Source: a virus. From it: DNA of 50,014 nucleotides. The stretch spans positions 1-50,014 of IMG/VR virus record IMGVR_UViG_3300031673_000079; one strand, given 5' to 3'. The position numbers and the translations under genes are program-made. The notes under the pieces were generated by a model. That model worked only from the letters and a program-made list of their open reading frames with translations. It was not told the origin of the DNA and searched no databases. Positions 9,185-16,228 of the stretch are shown piece after piece; the stretch's first letter is position 1, and each line of letters begins with the position of its first letter.

Positions 9185-9271
9185 TTCAGAGACGATATTT
9201 TGTGGTTCATACTGTCGTAGACCCGGTATATATTCCGGGAATGCCTTTCGGTGATATCTTCAGTATCTGCG

Positions 9272-9303
9272 GTCGCGCCCCGCGCGGGCGCGTGGATTGA
9301 AAC
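9272..9303 (+). CRISPR. Solitary type I-C CRISPR repeat 1
   Basis: GTCGCGCCCCGCGCGGGCGCGTGGATTGAAAC (32 nt), hairpin plus ATTGAAAC end; no adjacent second repeat. Confidence 0.9.
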
Positions 9304-9361
9304 AAACTAAGAGCGTAGCATGAGACTAACTATAAAACGCCAAGAGCGGGGGGTGTAGGAC

Positions 9362-9673
9362 ATGAGTTTACCTATTCGTCGATGCTATATCAATGCTGGC
9401 AGATGGTCCGGCTATCTTTGTGACGGCGGCTTGATAGAACGCATGGACGTCTACGTTGCGCCTAGCGATAAATGGCGCGCGCTTTGTATCCGACGGACTA
9501 ATAATCTCGGCTACGAGCTAGAACGCATCCGCCTTACTGGCAATATGTGCGGAGCACAGAAAATGCCCGGTATCCAATGGCACCACAAAAACGGTAAAAC
9601 TCGATGGACGCTAGTAGATATTGATCTTGGCACTATGCGGGAGTATCCAATAGTGCGCATTGACGCTATCTGA
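9362..9673 (+). CDS. Hypothetical early protein
   Basis: 103-aa ORF with purine-rich leader. Confidence 0.65.
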   Translation: MSLPIRRCYINAGRWSGYLCDGGLIERMDVYVAPSDKWRALCIRRTNNLGYELERIRLTGNMCGAQKMPGIQWHHKNGKTRWTLVDIDLGTMREYPIVRIDAI

Positions 9674-9697
9674 GCGCTAAAGTAGAAGGGGGACTAA

Positions 9698-9922
9698 ATG
9701 ACTGACGAAGCTAAAGCGAAGATTCGTGAGGCGCTAGAGAAGGGCCGAGATATAGCCAGTTGGCCTAAACCATTCGACGTAGCCCTAGCTCTGCTTGCCG
9801 CTGACGACAAGCCGATCGTATCGCGGGATATGGTATGGGAACTGTATAATGCTGATACGACCCACGAAGTTATCGCTGTATGCGAGCAATTTGGCGTTTC
9901 GGTCGAAAGGCCCGAAGACTAA
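9698..9922 (+). CDS. Hypothetical protein, MTDE.KAKIREAL paralog family
   Basis: RBS GAAGGGGG; N-terminus similar to the ORFs at 14640 and 15200. Confidence 0.7.
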   Translation: MTDEAKAKIREALEKGRDIASWPKPFDVALALLAADDKPIVSRDMVWELYNADTTHEVIAVCEQFGVSVERPED

Positions 9923-9928
9923 GCGTCT

Positions 9929-9967
9929 ACCCAGCACGGCTCGGGGGTCCAACTCCCCCACTGGGTT
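9929..9967 (+). ncRNA. Second tRNA-like minihelix
   Basis: ACCCAG/CTGGGT stem plus GGGGG-TCCAACT-CCCCC T-arm-like hairpin, intergenic. Confidence 0.45.
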
Positions 9968-10014
9968 TACCCATCGTATGATGGGGTGATTCTACTTTTT
10001 CTCGGAGGTCTCTT

Positions 10015-10305
10015 ATGCAGATCGTCAGAACGTACTCAGCGGGCGTCTTTGCTGTTTCGGCTATCGAGGACAGGCGAGAAACCCTCGCGGGCGTCCATGG
10101 CAAACTGCGCGATGCTCGCAGATTGTGGTACTGGGACGGCGCGGCGTCGCTCTCCGAACTTGCCCAGAGGGGCCCGAGCAAGCCTGGGTCCTGCAAATTT
10201 CCGGCGGCGGTAGACGGTATCGAGGTCGAGCAGATCGTCGAGGTACTGCCCGTGACCGACCAAGCCGCCGCCGTCATCAACGCGGTGCCTATCTGGACAG
10301 CATAA
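10015..10305 (+). CDS. DUF6948-like phage protein
   Basis: IVRTYSAGVF...ARRLWYWDGAASLSELA..G...P..CKFP motif; RBS GGAGG. Confidence 0.8.
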   Translation: MQIVRTYSAGVFAVSAIEDRRETLAGVHGKLRDARRLWYWDGAASLSELAQRGPSKPGSCKFPAAVDGIEVEQIVEVLPVTDQAAAVINAVPIWTA

Positions 10306-10363
10306 CACCCTGACGATGGCCCAGGGGACTGGGCCGAAACGCGGCTATGTAGCCGCGTCGGTG
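10306..10363 (+). ncRNA. Hammerhead ribozyme, type I
   Basis: Stem I CACC/GGTG; core CTGACGA(T); stem II GGCCCAG/CTGGGCC; GAAA; stem III CGCGGCTA/TAGCCGCG; GTC triplet with predicted cleavage after 10359. Confidence 0.85.
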
Positions 10364-10387
10364 ATCCAAAATAGAAGGGGGTAAACG

Positions 10388-10711
10388 ATGACAGAGACAG
10401 GCGACGGTTCCGGTTCCGGCAGGGACGACGGATGGGGCTGGGGCGACGGCTCGGGCTGGGGCTCGGGCTGGGGCGACGGCTCCGGTTCCGGCAGGGGCTA
10501 CGGCTCGGGCTGGGGCGACGGCTCCGGTTCCCTCAGGGGCTGGGGCGGCGGCTCGGGCGGCGGCTGGGGCTCGGGCGGCGGCTCGGGCTGGGGCGAAGGC
10601 GATGGCGATGGCTCCGGTTCCGGCTGGGGCGACGGCTCGGGCTGGGGCGAAGGCGAAGGCGAAGGCGAAGGCGACGGCTCGGGCGAAGGCTCGGGCGAAG
10701 GCAGGGAGTAG
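10388..10711 (+). CDS. Gly-rich (GX)n protein, unit 1
   Basis: RBS GAAGGGGG; GSG/GWG/GDG/GEG repeats. Confidence 0.7.
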   Translation: MTETGDGSGSGRDDGWGWGDGSGWGSGWGDGSGSGRGYGSGWGDGSGSLRGWGGGSGGGWGSGGGSGWGEGDGDGSGSGWGDGSGWGEGEGEGEGDGSGEGSGEGRE

Positions 10712-10714
10712 ACG

Positions 10715-10987
10715 ATGGGTCGGATAGACGGCTGGGGCTACGGCGCCGGTTCCGGCAGGGGCGACGGCTGGGGCTGGGGCGACGGCTGGGGCTCGGGCTC
10801 GGGCTCGGGCGACGGCTGGGGCGGCGGCTCGGGCGAAGGCGAAGGCGAAGGCGACGGCTGGGGCTGGGGCGACGGCTGGGGCTGGGGCTCGGGCTGGGGC
10901 GGCGGCTCGGGCTCGGGCTCGGGCGGCGGCTCGGGCGAAGGCTCGGGCGAAGGCTCGGGCGAAGGCGAAGGCGACGGCTCGGGCTAA
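10715..10987 (+). CDS. Gly-rich (GX)n protein, unit 2
   Basis: Header AGGGAGTAGACG-ATG, in frame with unit 1. Confidence 0.6.
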   Translation: MGRIDGWGYGAGSGRGDGWGWGDGWGSGSGSGDGWGGGSGEGEGEGDGWGWGDGWGWGSGWGGGSGSGSGGGSGEGSGEGSGEGEGDGSG

Positions 10988-11014
10988 GGCTCGGGCGAAG
11001 GCAGGGGGTAGACG

Positions 11015-11167
11015 ATGGATCAGATAGACGGTAGGGGCGATGGCAGGGGCTACGGCGCCGGTTCCGGCTGGGGCGACGGCTCGGGCTGGGGCGCGGGCTC
11101 GGGCTGGGGCGACGGCTCGGGCGAAGGCTCGGGCGAAGGCGAAGGCGAAGGCGACGGCTCGGGCTAA
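11015..11167 (+). CDS. Gly-rich (GX)n peptide, unit 3 (50 aa)
   Basis: Header AGGGGGTAGACG-ATG, MDQIDG..., same frame. Confidence 0.5.
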   Translation: MDQIDGRGDGRGYGAGSGWGDGSGWGAGSGWGDGSGEGSGEGEGEGDGSG

Positions 11168-11194
11168 GGCTGGGGCGACGGAAGGGGGTAGACG

Positions 11195-11257
11195 ATGGAT
11201 CAGGTAGACGGCGGGGGCGACGGCTGGGGCAGGGGCGAAGGCGAAGGCGACGGCTAA
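11195..11257 (+). CDS. Gly-rich peptide, unit 4 (20 aa)
   Basis: Header AGGGGGTAGACG-ATG, MDQVDG..., same frame. Confidence 0.35.
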   Translation: MDQVDGGGDGWGRGEGEGDG

Positions 11258-11328
11258 GGCTCGGGCGAAGGCGACGGCGACGGCGACGATGACAGAAGCC
11301 AGAGCGATTACGAGTGACGGTAAGACGG

Positions 11329-11360
11329 GTCGCGCCCCGCGCGGGCGCGTGGATTGAAAC
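11329..11360 (+). CRISPR. Solitary type I-C CRISPR repeat 2
   Basis: Identical 32-mer ending 24 nt before the transglycosylase start codon. Confidence 0.9.
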
Positions 11361-11384
11361 AAACAAACATAGGAAGGAAGTAAA

Positions 11385-11882
11385 ATGATTAAACTACTGT
11401 ATCTACTGCCAATGTGTTTTCTCGTATCGTTCGTTCCCTTATCGCACTTTCCTTATCATAGCAATCCTATATGGCGAGTAAATATAGTCGCCGATCATCC
11501 TCCCAGTATAATGGAAGAATGCCATATTGTTGAAGTAGTAAATCATATACCCGATCATCTTTTAGAGGCGCTAGTATTGAGGGAGTCATCAGGAAGCGCA
11601 AACGCTGTACACCACAATGGAGATGGATCGATTGATATAGGTCCGTGTCAATTCAATAATCGATTTATTAGAATGTATGCGGACCGATTCAATTATGGAA
11701 GACTTTTTGATCCTCGAAGTAATGAAGCGGTACATGTCGCAGGACGCGCGTTGAAGTCTCGTTATATTGAATTAGGAAGTTGGCGTAAAGCAGTAGCGTC
11801 GTGGAACCCTGGAGAAAAACACTACGCCGATCATGTTTATCAAGTTTATTATGCACTTATAGATGGAAGGAGTCAAATATAA
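11385..11882 (+). CDS. Lytic transglycosylase (SLT/lysozyme-like) with N-terminal hydrophobic segment
   Basis: Catalytic ESSG, N.DGSIDIGPCQFN and AVASWN motifs. Confidence 0.85.
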   Translation: MIKLLYLLPMCFLVSFVPLSHFPYHSNPIWRVNIVADHPPSIMEECHIVEVVNHIPDHLLEALVLRESSGSANAVHHNGDGSIDIGPCQFNNRFIRMYADRFNYGRLFDPRSNEAVHVAGRALKSRYIELGSWRKAVASWNPGEKHYADHVYQVYYALIDGRSQI

Positions 11883-11925
11883 TGATATGTCCTGTTTGTT
11901 GGAGGTGATATCTTCAATATCTGCG

Positions 11926-11957
11926 GTCGCGCCCCGCGCGGGCGCGTGGATTGAAAC
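11926..11957 (+). CRISPR. Solitary type I-C CRISPR repeat 3
   Basis: Identical 32-mer; shares a 22-nt upstream flank with repeat 1. Confidence 0.9.
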
Positions 11958-12002
11958 GCCGAAAATTAAGTTTACTCTAAAAAGCTAAAATTGTAAGGAC
12001 AC

Positions 12003-12031
12003 TTGACAAAAAATGAAAATTATGGTACTAT
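12003..12031 (+). promoter_or_regulatory. Strong sigma70 promoter
   Basis: TTGACA-N17-TACTAT with TGn. Confidence 0.8.
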
Positions 12032-12087
12032 ATATCTAATAACGACAGGCCGTATGGCCTTGCCGATTTGATTTTTGGAGGCGCTAC

Positions 12088-12654
12088 ATGGCAACTATCC
12101 AGCAGGTTCAGGCGAAAACGATCGAACTTATTGAGCAGTATGAGACGAATAATGGGGTTCTTGCCGATCTGAAACCAGAACAGGAGCAAGAGATTCGGAT
12201 TAAGCTCACTTTGCGAGCCAAGCAATTAGTGAAACAAGAAGAGCACGCGGCGCATGTCAAGACGCTTATTAATTTTGCTCAGGCATACGCGTCGTCCGAG
12301 ATTAACCCCGAAGTTTTGGTGGCCGTGGAGGCACTTACTACGAAGACTAAGGCGACGCGATCGGTAATTGTCAAAAATGGGCGTGTTACGCCGCGCGGTG
12401 TCATCGCCGATCTGTTTGTGAATATCGGCGATAAGGCTTCTGAAAGCGACATTTTCTCTAAGTTCCGCATGGGGCGAGGAGATATGAAGGCGGCTATCAA
12501 GGTGGCCTTGCAGAAGGCCGAGACTTCCGAACGAAAGTGGGTCGCCTTCGATCTCGATTCTGAAACGTATACTCTGCTCGAAGTTGGTCCTAATGCTCCT
12601 AATGGTTGGACGGGCTATATGCCCTTGGCTAAGGCTCCTGGCACGGCTTCATAA
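12088..12654 (+). CDS. Hypothetical protein in a stand-alone transcription unit
   Basis: RBS GGAGG; own promoter and terminator; 188 aa. Confidence 0.85.
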   Translation: MATIQQVQAKTIELIEQYETNNGVLADLKPEQEQEIRIKLTLRAKQLVKQEEHAAHVKTLINFAQAYASSEINPEVLVAVEALTTKTKATRSVIVKNGRVTPRGVIADLFVNIGDKASESDIFSKFRMGRGDMKAAIKVALQKAETSERKWVAFDLDSETYTLLEVGPNAPNGWTGYMPLAKAPGTAS

Positions 12655-12669
12655 ACCCTTTCCTTCCCT

Positions 12670-12704
12670 GCCCTTTTGGTTTCCTTGGCCGAAAGGGCTT
12701 TTTT
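12670..12704 (+). terminator. Rho-independent terminator
   Basis: GCCCTTTTGGT...GCCGAAAGGGC hairpin followed by T6. Confidence 0.8.
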
Positions 12705-12716
12705 ATACTTTTGGAC

Positions 12717-12745
12717 TTGACAATTACTGTATAAGGTTATATAAT
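12717..12745 (+). promoter_or_regulatory. Consensus sigma70 promoter
   Basis: Perfect TTGACA-N17-TATAAT. Confidence 0.9.
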
Positions 12746-12761
12746 ACCTGAAGGAGGGAAA

Positions 12762-12884
12762 ATGAGTAAGCCGATCCGATTTCATTTTGTTGAAGTTATT
12801 CTTACTCTTTTTGGTTTGATCTTGATAGGACTAACTTTACTCATTTCGATGTATTCCTTGCTTGTCGCATTCATCAGACGATGA
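12762..12884 (+). CDS. 40-aa single-TM membrane peptide
   Basis: RBS AAGGAGG; MSKPIRFHFVEVILTLFGLILIGLTLLISMYSLLVAFIRR. Confidence 0.7.
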   Translation: MSKPIRFHFVEVILTLFGLILIGLTLLISMYSLLVAFIRR

Positions 12885-12905
12885 CTTAATTAAGGAGGAA
12901 AACAA

Positions 12906-13070
12906 ATGACCGTATCTGTTAAAGAAACCATGCAAGCGATCGAAGATGCTAAAGTAAATATTATTAAAAACTTTGACGAAGCTCTTGCACCTCTCGGAGT
13001 ACACGTATATGATTTCTCTCCGAATGAAACGTACATTATTTTAACATTGCGTTATAATAAAGAAAACTAG
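12906..13070 (+). CDS. Small hypothetical protein (54 aa)
   Basis: RBS AAGGAGG. Confidence 0.65.
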   Translation: MTVSVKETMQAIEDAKVNIIKNFDEALAPLGVHVYDFSPNETYIILTLRYNKEN

Positions 13071-13079
13071 AAATAAAAA

Positions 13080-13163
13080 GCCCACATGGCGAAATTGGCA
13101 GACGCAAGGGACTTAAAATCCTTTAGTTGTAAAACTGTGAGGGTTCAATTCCCTCTGTGGGCA
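13080..13163 (+). tRNA. tRNA-Leu(UAA), no encoded CCA
   Basis: Acceptor GCCCACA/TGTGGGC-A; D-arm GCGAAATTGGCAGACGC; anticodon loop CTTAAAA; long variable arm; GAGGGTTCAATTCCCTC. Confidence 0.92.
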
Positions 13164-13321
13164 AGGAGGAAGTATGGAGCGCGTCATTATTCCGGGGTCA
13201 CTTGATAAGGAACATTCTTGTCCTATATCTCTACGTCTCACCTATAGACAAGCCGGACGTGGATTAGGTGATGCATACTTTATAATAAGGGAGAGTCACA
13301 AAAAATATAAGGAGAAAGAAA

Positions 13322-13519
13322 ATGCCGAGTGAGTATGAGGATCAGATATTGATCGGAACGAAAATAGAAGAAGAGCATCGTGCAACATACGAGTGGCTGA
13401 AACAGTGTTGGAGGGATGACGTTATGCCTTCGGCACACGCTTTGTTTTATCATATCGCGCTTGATCATCTAAAGGAAAGGCAGGATTATTATACCATACT
13501 AGAAAGGGCTCATCTATGA
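13322..13519 (+). CDS. DUF5661-like protein
   Basis: G..IE.EH...IALDHLKE..DYYT.L motif. Confidence 0.75.
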   Translation: MPSEYEDQILIGTKIEEEHRATYEWLKQCWRDDVMPSAHALFYHIALDHLKERQDYYTILERAHL

Positions 13520-13654
13520 CGCAAGAAGAAATAAAAATGAACGAACAGGGGCTAGCCATAGAATGGGCAGAAGAAATTATTAAAGGGGATAGACGCGGAA
13601 AAGGTGACGTTCATCATATTAAAGTATTATTAGAGACTATAAAGGAAAAGCAAG

Positions 13655-13909
13655 ATGATAAAGCCAATAACCCTTAACGGAGAACAGTATTATCGGGTAA
13701 AACATTTCGCCGCTTTAACGAATAGAACAACGCAAACTATTTATAATTTGATACGCGATGGTAATTCAGTAAGAGAGCTCAAATCCATACATATAGCTGA
13801 GAACGTCTATATACCTGCTTCCGAATTGACAGAGTTCCCTTTTACGTCTCCTGGTCCGCATAGTGATCGTAGGATATATCATTTTAACGACAAAGGAGAA
13901 GTAGTATGA
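13655..13909 (+). CDS. Helix-turn-helix DNA-binding protein (excisionase/MerR-like)
   Basis: YYRVKHFAALTNRTTQTIYNLIRDG pattern. Confidence 0.65.
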   Translation: MIKPITLNGEQYYRVKHFAALTNRTTQTIYNLIRDGNSVRELKSIHIAENVYIPASELTEFPFTSPGPHSDRRIYHFNDKGEVV

Positions 13910-14577
13910 GCCGCTTAATTACAACGTCACTTCTTGATTCTATTGACTGGTGTCGCAAAGCTCCCGATTCTGCATGTCCTGACGTACCTGGAAAGACATG
14001 GAAGGAAAAGGCGTATGACGATCTTAAAAATACTTTGGGACGCGGCGAATGGCGTTCGAACCCCGCTATTGATAGAGGGAATAGTTTTGAGAGGCAAATA
14101 TACTCTATTTTGACAGACAGAATGGAAGAGAAAGTAGCGTGCTCTGACACGTTTAGAAAAATACTTTATCAATGCAAAGGCGGAGAATTTCAGAAAAAGA
14201 CAAAAATTATTATAGAATTAGACGATATTGATTATCTTTTATACGGAAGGATAGATGTTTTCTTCCCTGATCATATTATTGATATCAAAACTACTGGTAA
14301 GTATGGTGGTAAAGATAAATATCTTTCCACCGCTCAACATTTAATTTATTGTTTTTCAGAAAATATCAAGGATTTTGAATATGTCATCGCAGAGTTTGCT
14401 GAAGAAGAATCAAACGACATACGCCATGTATATAATGTTAGATATCACATGGAAGATCGGGATAAAGTAGAAGATGAGCTGAAAAATCGTATTTATTCCG
14501 CAATGATGTGGTTGGAGAACTTTCCTGAACCAAGAGATTTGAAAGAACTATATCTTAAAACGTATTGCAGATACTAA
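13906..14577 (+). CDS. PD-(D/E)XK exonuclease-like protein
   Basis: RGNSFE...YGRIDV....IIDIKTTG...QH..Y motifs. Confidence 0.75.
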   Translation: MSRLITTSLLDSIDWCRKAPDSACPDVPGKTWKEKAYDDLKNTLGRGEWRSNPAIDRGNSFERQIYSILTDRMEEKVACSDTFRKILYQCKGGEFQKKTKIIIELDDIDYLLYGRIDVFFPDHIIDIKTTGKYGGKDKYLSTAQHLIYCFSENIKDFEYVIAEFAEEESNDIRHVYNVRYHMEDRDKVEDELKNRIYSAMMWLENFPEPRDLKELYLKTYCRY

Positions 14578-14639
14578 CGAGCATAACGATATGATTGGGT
14601 ATCCCAACGCTGAAAGTGAGAGGATTAAAGGAAGGTTGC

Positions 14640-15203
14640 ATGAAAATCGATACGGACGACGAAGCGCTTGCGACGATCAGAGATGCGCTAACGTGGATGG
14701 ATCATTTTGCAAAACGCCACTGTGACGGAACCATCGAGAACGCGGCAAATGAAGCTCTCGATGCTTTGGCCCTTCTCGGCGCCGAGGACACGCCGAGCGT
14801 GCCGATGGCGAGAGTGAGGATCAGAGAGGTGAAATGGTGGGGTCCGCGCGGCGCCGAGTATCTATATGCTACAGACAAGGACGAGGCGATTGAAGCAATT
14901 ATCGACGGCCTCGATGCTTTTCCAGAAAAGATTGAGATATGCGGCTATGCCGAGATGCTACCCGACTGGGCGCACTATGCCCCGCTTGAATCCATGCTTG
15001 ATAATCTCGACGAGGAATACGGCGATCCCGACGGCGGTTATACTAAGCCCACCCCAGACATGAAAAAGGCAGAGGAGGCATTCATGTCAGTCATCGCTGA
15101 GGAATACGAACCCTGGACCTGCGAAGTAATCACGCAAGAAACCATCGATGTTGCCGAGTGGATTAAGGTCCATCGCCCTGATTGGCTGGGGGTATCACTA
15201 TGA
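14640..15203 (+). CDS. Hypothetical acidic protein, apparent chimera
   Basis: RBS AAGGAAGG; N-terminal 55 aa shared with the 15200 ORF. Confidence 0.7.
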   Translation: MKIDTDDEALATIRDALTWMDHFAKRHCDGTIENAANEALDALALLGAEDTPSVPMARVRIREVKWWGPRGAEYLYATDKDEAIEAIIDGLDAFPEKIEICGYAEMLPDWAHYAPLESMLDNLDEEYGDPDGGYTKPTPDMKKAEEAFMSVIAEEYEPWTCEVITQETIDVAEWIKVHRPDWLGVSL

Positions 15204-15452
15204 CCGACGAGAACAGGGCGAAGATTCGCGAGGCGCTGACGTGGATGGCGAATGAGGCTCTGGATGCCCTGGCCCTCCTCGACGCCGAGGACACGCCGAG
15301 CGTTTTGGGAGGTCAGTTCACTTGTGGAGAGTGCAACGATGCAAGACAGACTTGCATATTGTAGATCGATTGCTAATCGCTTCGGCTACACGATTTCCGA
15401 GGACGACGCGTTCGACTGCGAAACGCCGAAGAATGTTCCCGAGCTGGAATAA
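15200..15452 (+). pseudogene. Frameshifted paralog of the 9698 gene
   Basis: N-terminal half in one frame (MTDENRAKIREAL...DTPSV); C-terminal half (WEVSS...ANRFGYTISEDD) in another, break near 15305. Confidence 0.5.
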
Positions 15453-15466
15453 CCAAGGAGTGCCAG

Positions 15467-16228
15467 ATGGAAACTCTAGAAATTCATAATCAAGAAGACT
15501 ATGACGCCAACAAAGATTTCGATGGCATTTTGATAATCAAGGCGGGCTTGGTCAGGGCCTCGGGCAACGCGCCCGTCTGGGCCTCGGGCAACGCGACCGT
15601 CATGGCCTCGGGCAACGCGACCGTCATGGCCTCGGGCAACGCGACCGTCAGGGCCTGGGACAACGCGACCGTCGAGGCCTGGGGCAACGCGACCGTCGAG
15701 GCCTCGGGCAACGCGACCGTCGAGGCCTCGGGCAACGCGACCGTCAGGGCCTGGGACAACGCGCCCGTCTGGGCCTCGGGCAATGCGATCGTCATGGCCT
15801 CGGGCAACGCGACCGTCATGGCCTCGGGCAACGCGACCGTCAGGGCCTGGGACAACGCGGCCGTCATGGCCCGGGACAACACAACCGTCGAGGCCTCGGG
15901 CAACGCGACCGTCGAGGCCTCGGGCAACGCGACCGTCGGGGCCTCGGGCAACGCGACCGTCAGGGCCTCGGGCAACGCGACCGTCGGGGCCTGGGACAAC
16001 GCGACCGTCATGGCCTCGGGCAACGCGACCATCAGGGCCTCGGGCAACGCGACCGTCAAGGCCTCGGGCAACGCGACCGTCGAGGCCTGGGGTAACGCGA
16101 CCGTCGAGGCCTGGGGCAACGCGACCGTCGAGGCCTCGGGCAACGCGACCGTCATGACCTCGGGCAACGCGACCGTCATGACCTCGGGCAACGCGACCGT
16201 CGAGGCCTACGCGGGAGAGGAAGTATGA
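15467..16228 (+). CDS. 8-aa repeat (ASGNATVx) beta-solenoid protein
   Basis: RBS AAGGAG; about 27 copies of a 24-bp unit at 15557-16207. Confidence 0.85.
   Translation: METLEIHNQEDYDANKDFDGILIIKAGLVRASGNAPVWASGNATVMASGNATVMASGNATVRAWDNATVEAWGNATVEASGNATVEASGNATVRAWDNAPVWASGNAIVMASGNATVMASGNATVRAWDNAAVMARDNTTVEASGNATVEASGNATVGASGNATVRASGNATVGAWDNATVMASGNATIRASGNATVKASGNATVEAWGNATVEAWGNATVEASGNATVMTSGNATVMTSGNATVEAYAGEEV

Noticed and set aside
10709..11257. Genome-wide stop-codon reassignment
   Set aside because: TAA, TAG and TGA all end conserved genes normally, and the only tRNA reads a sense Leu codon
10289..11366. Long Ala/Arg/Pro-rich ORFs in other frames and on the minus strand
   Set aside because: Shadow frames of the GGC-rich repeat; RBS-bearing starts are in the Gly frame
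9272..11957. Conventional CRISPR array or phage-encoded CRISPR-Cas system
   Set aside because: Repeats are 0.57-2 kb apart with genes between them, and no cas genes were recognised. The 13906 nuclease lacks a clear Cas4 four-Cys arrangement.
13655..13909. Integration/excision module
   Set aside because: The HTH is excisionase-like, but no integrase or repressor was recognised
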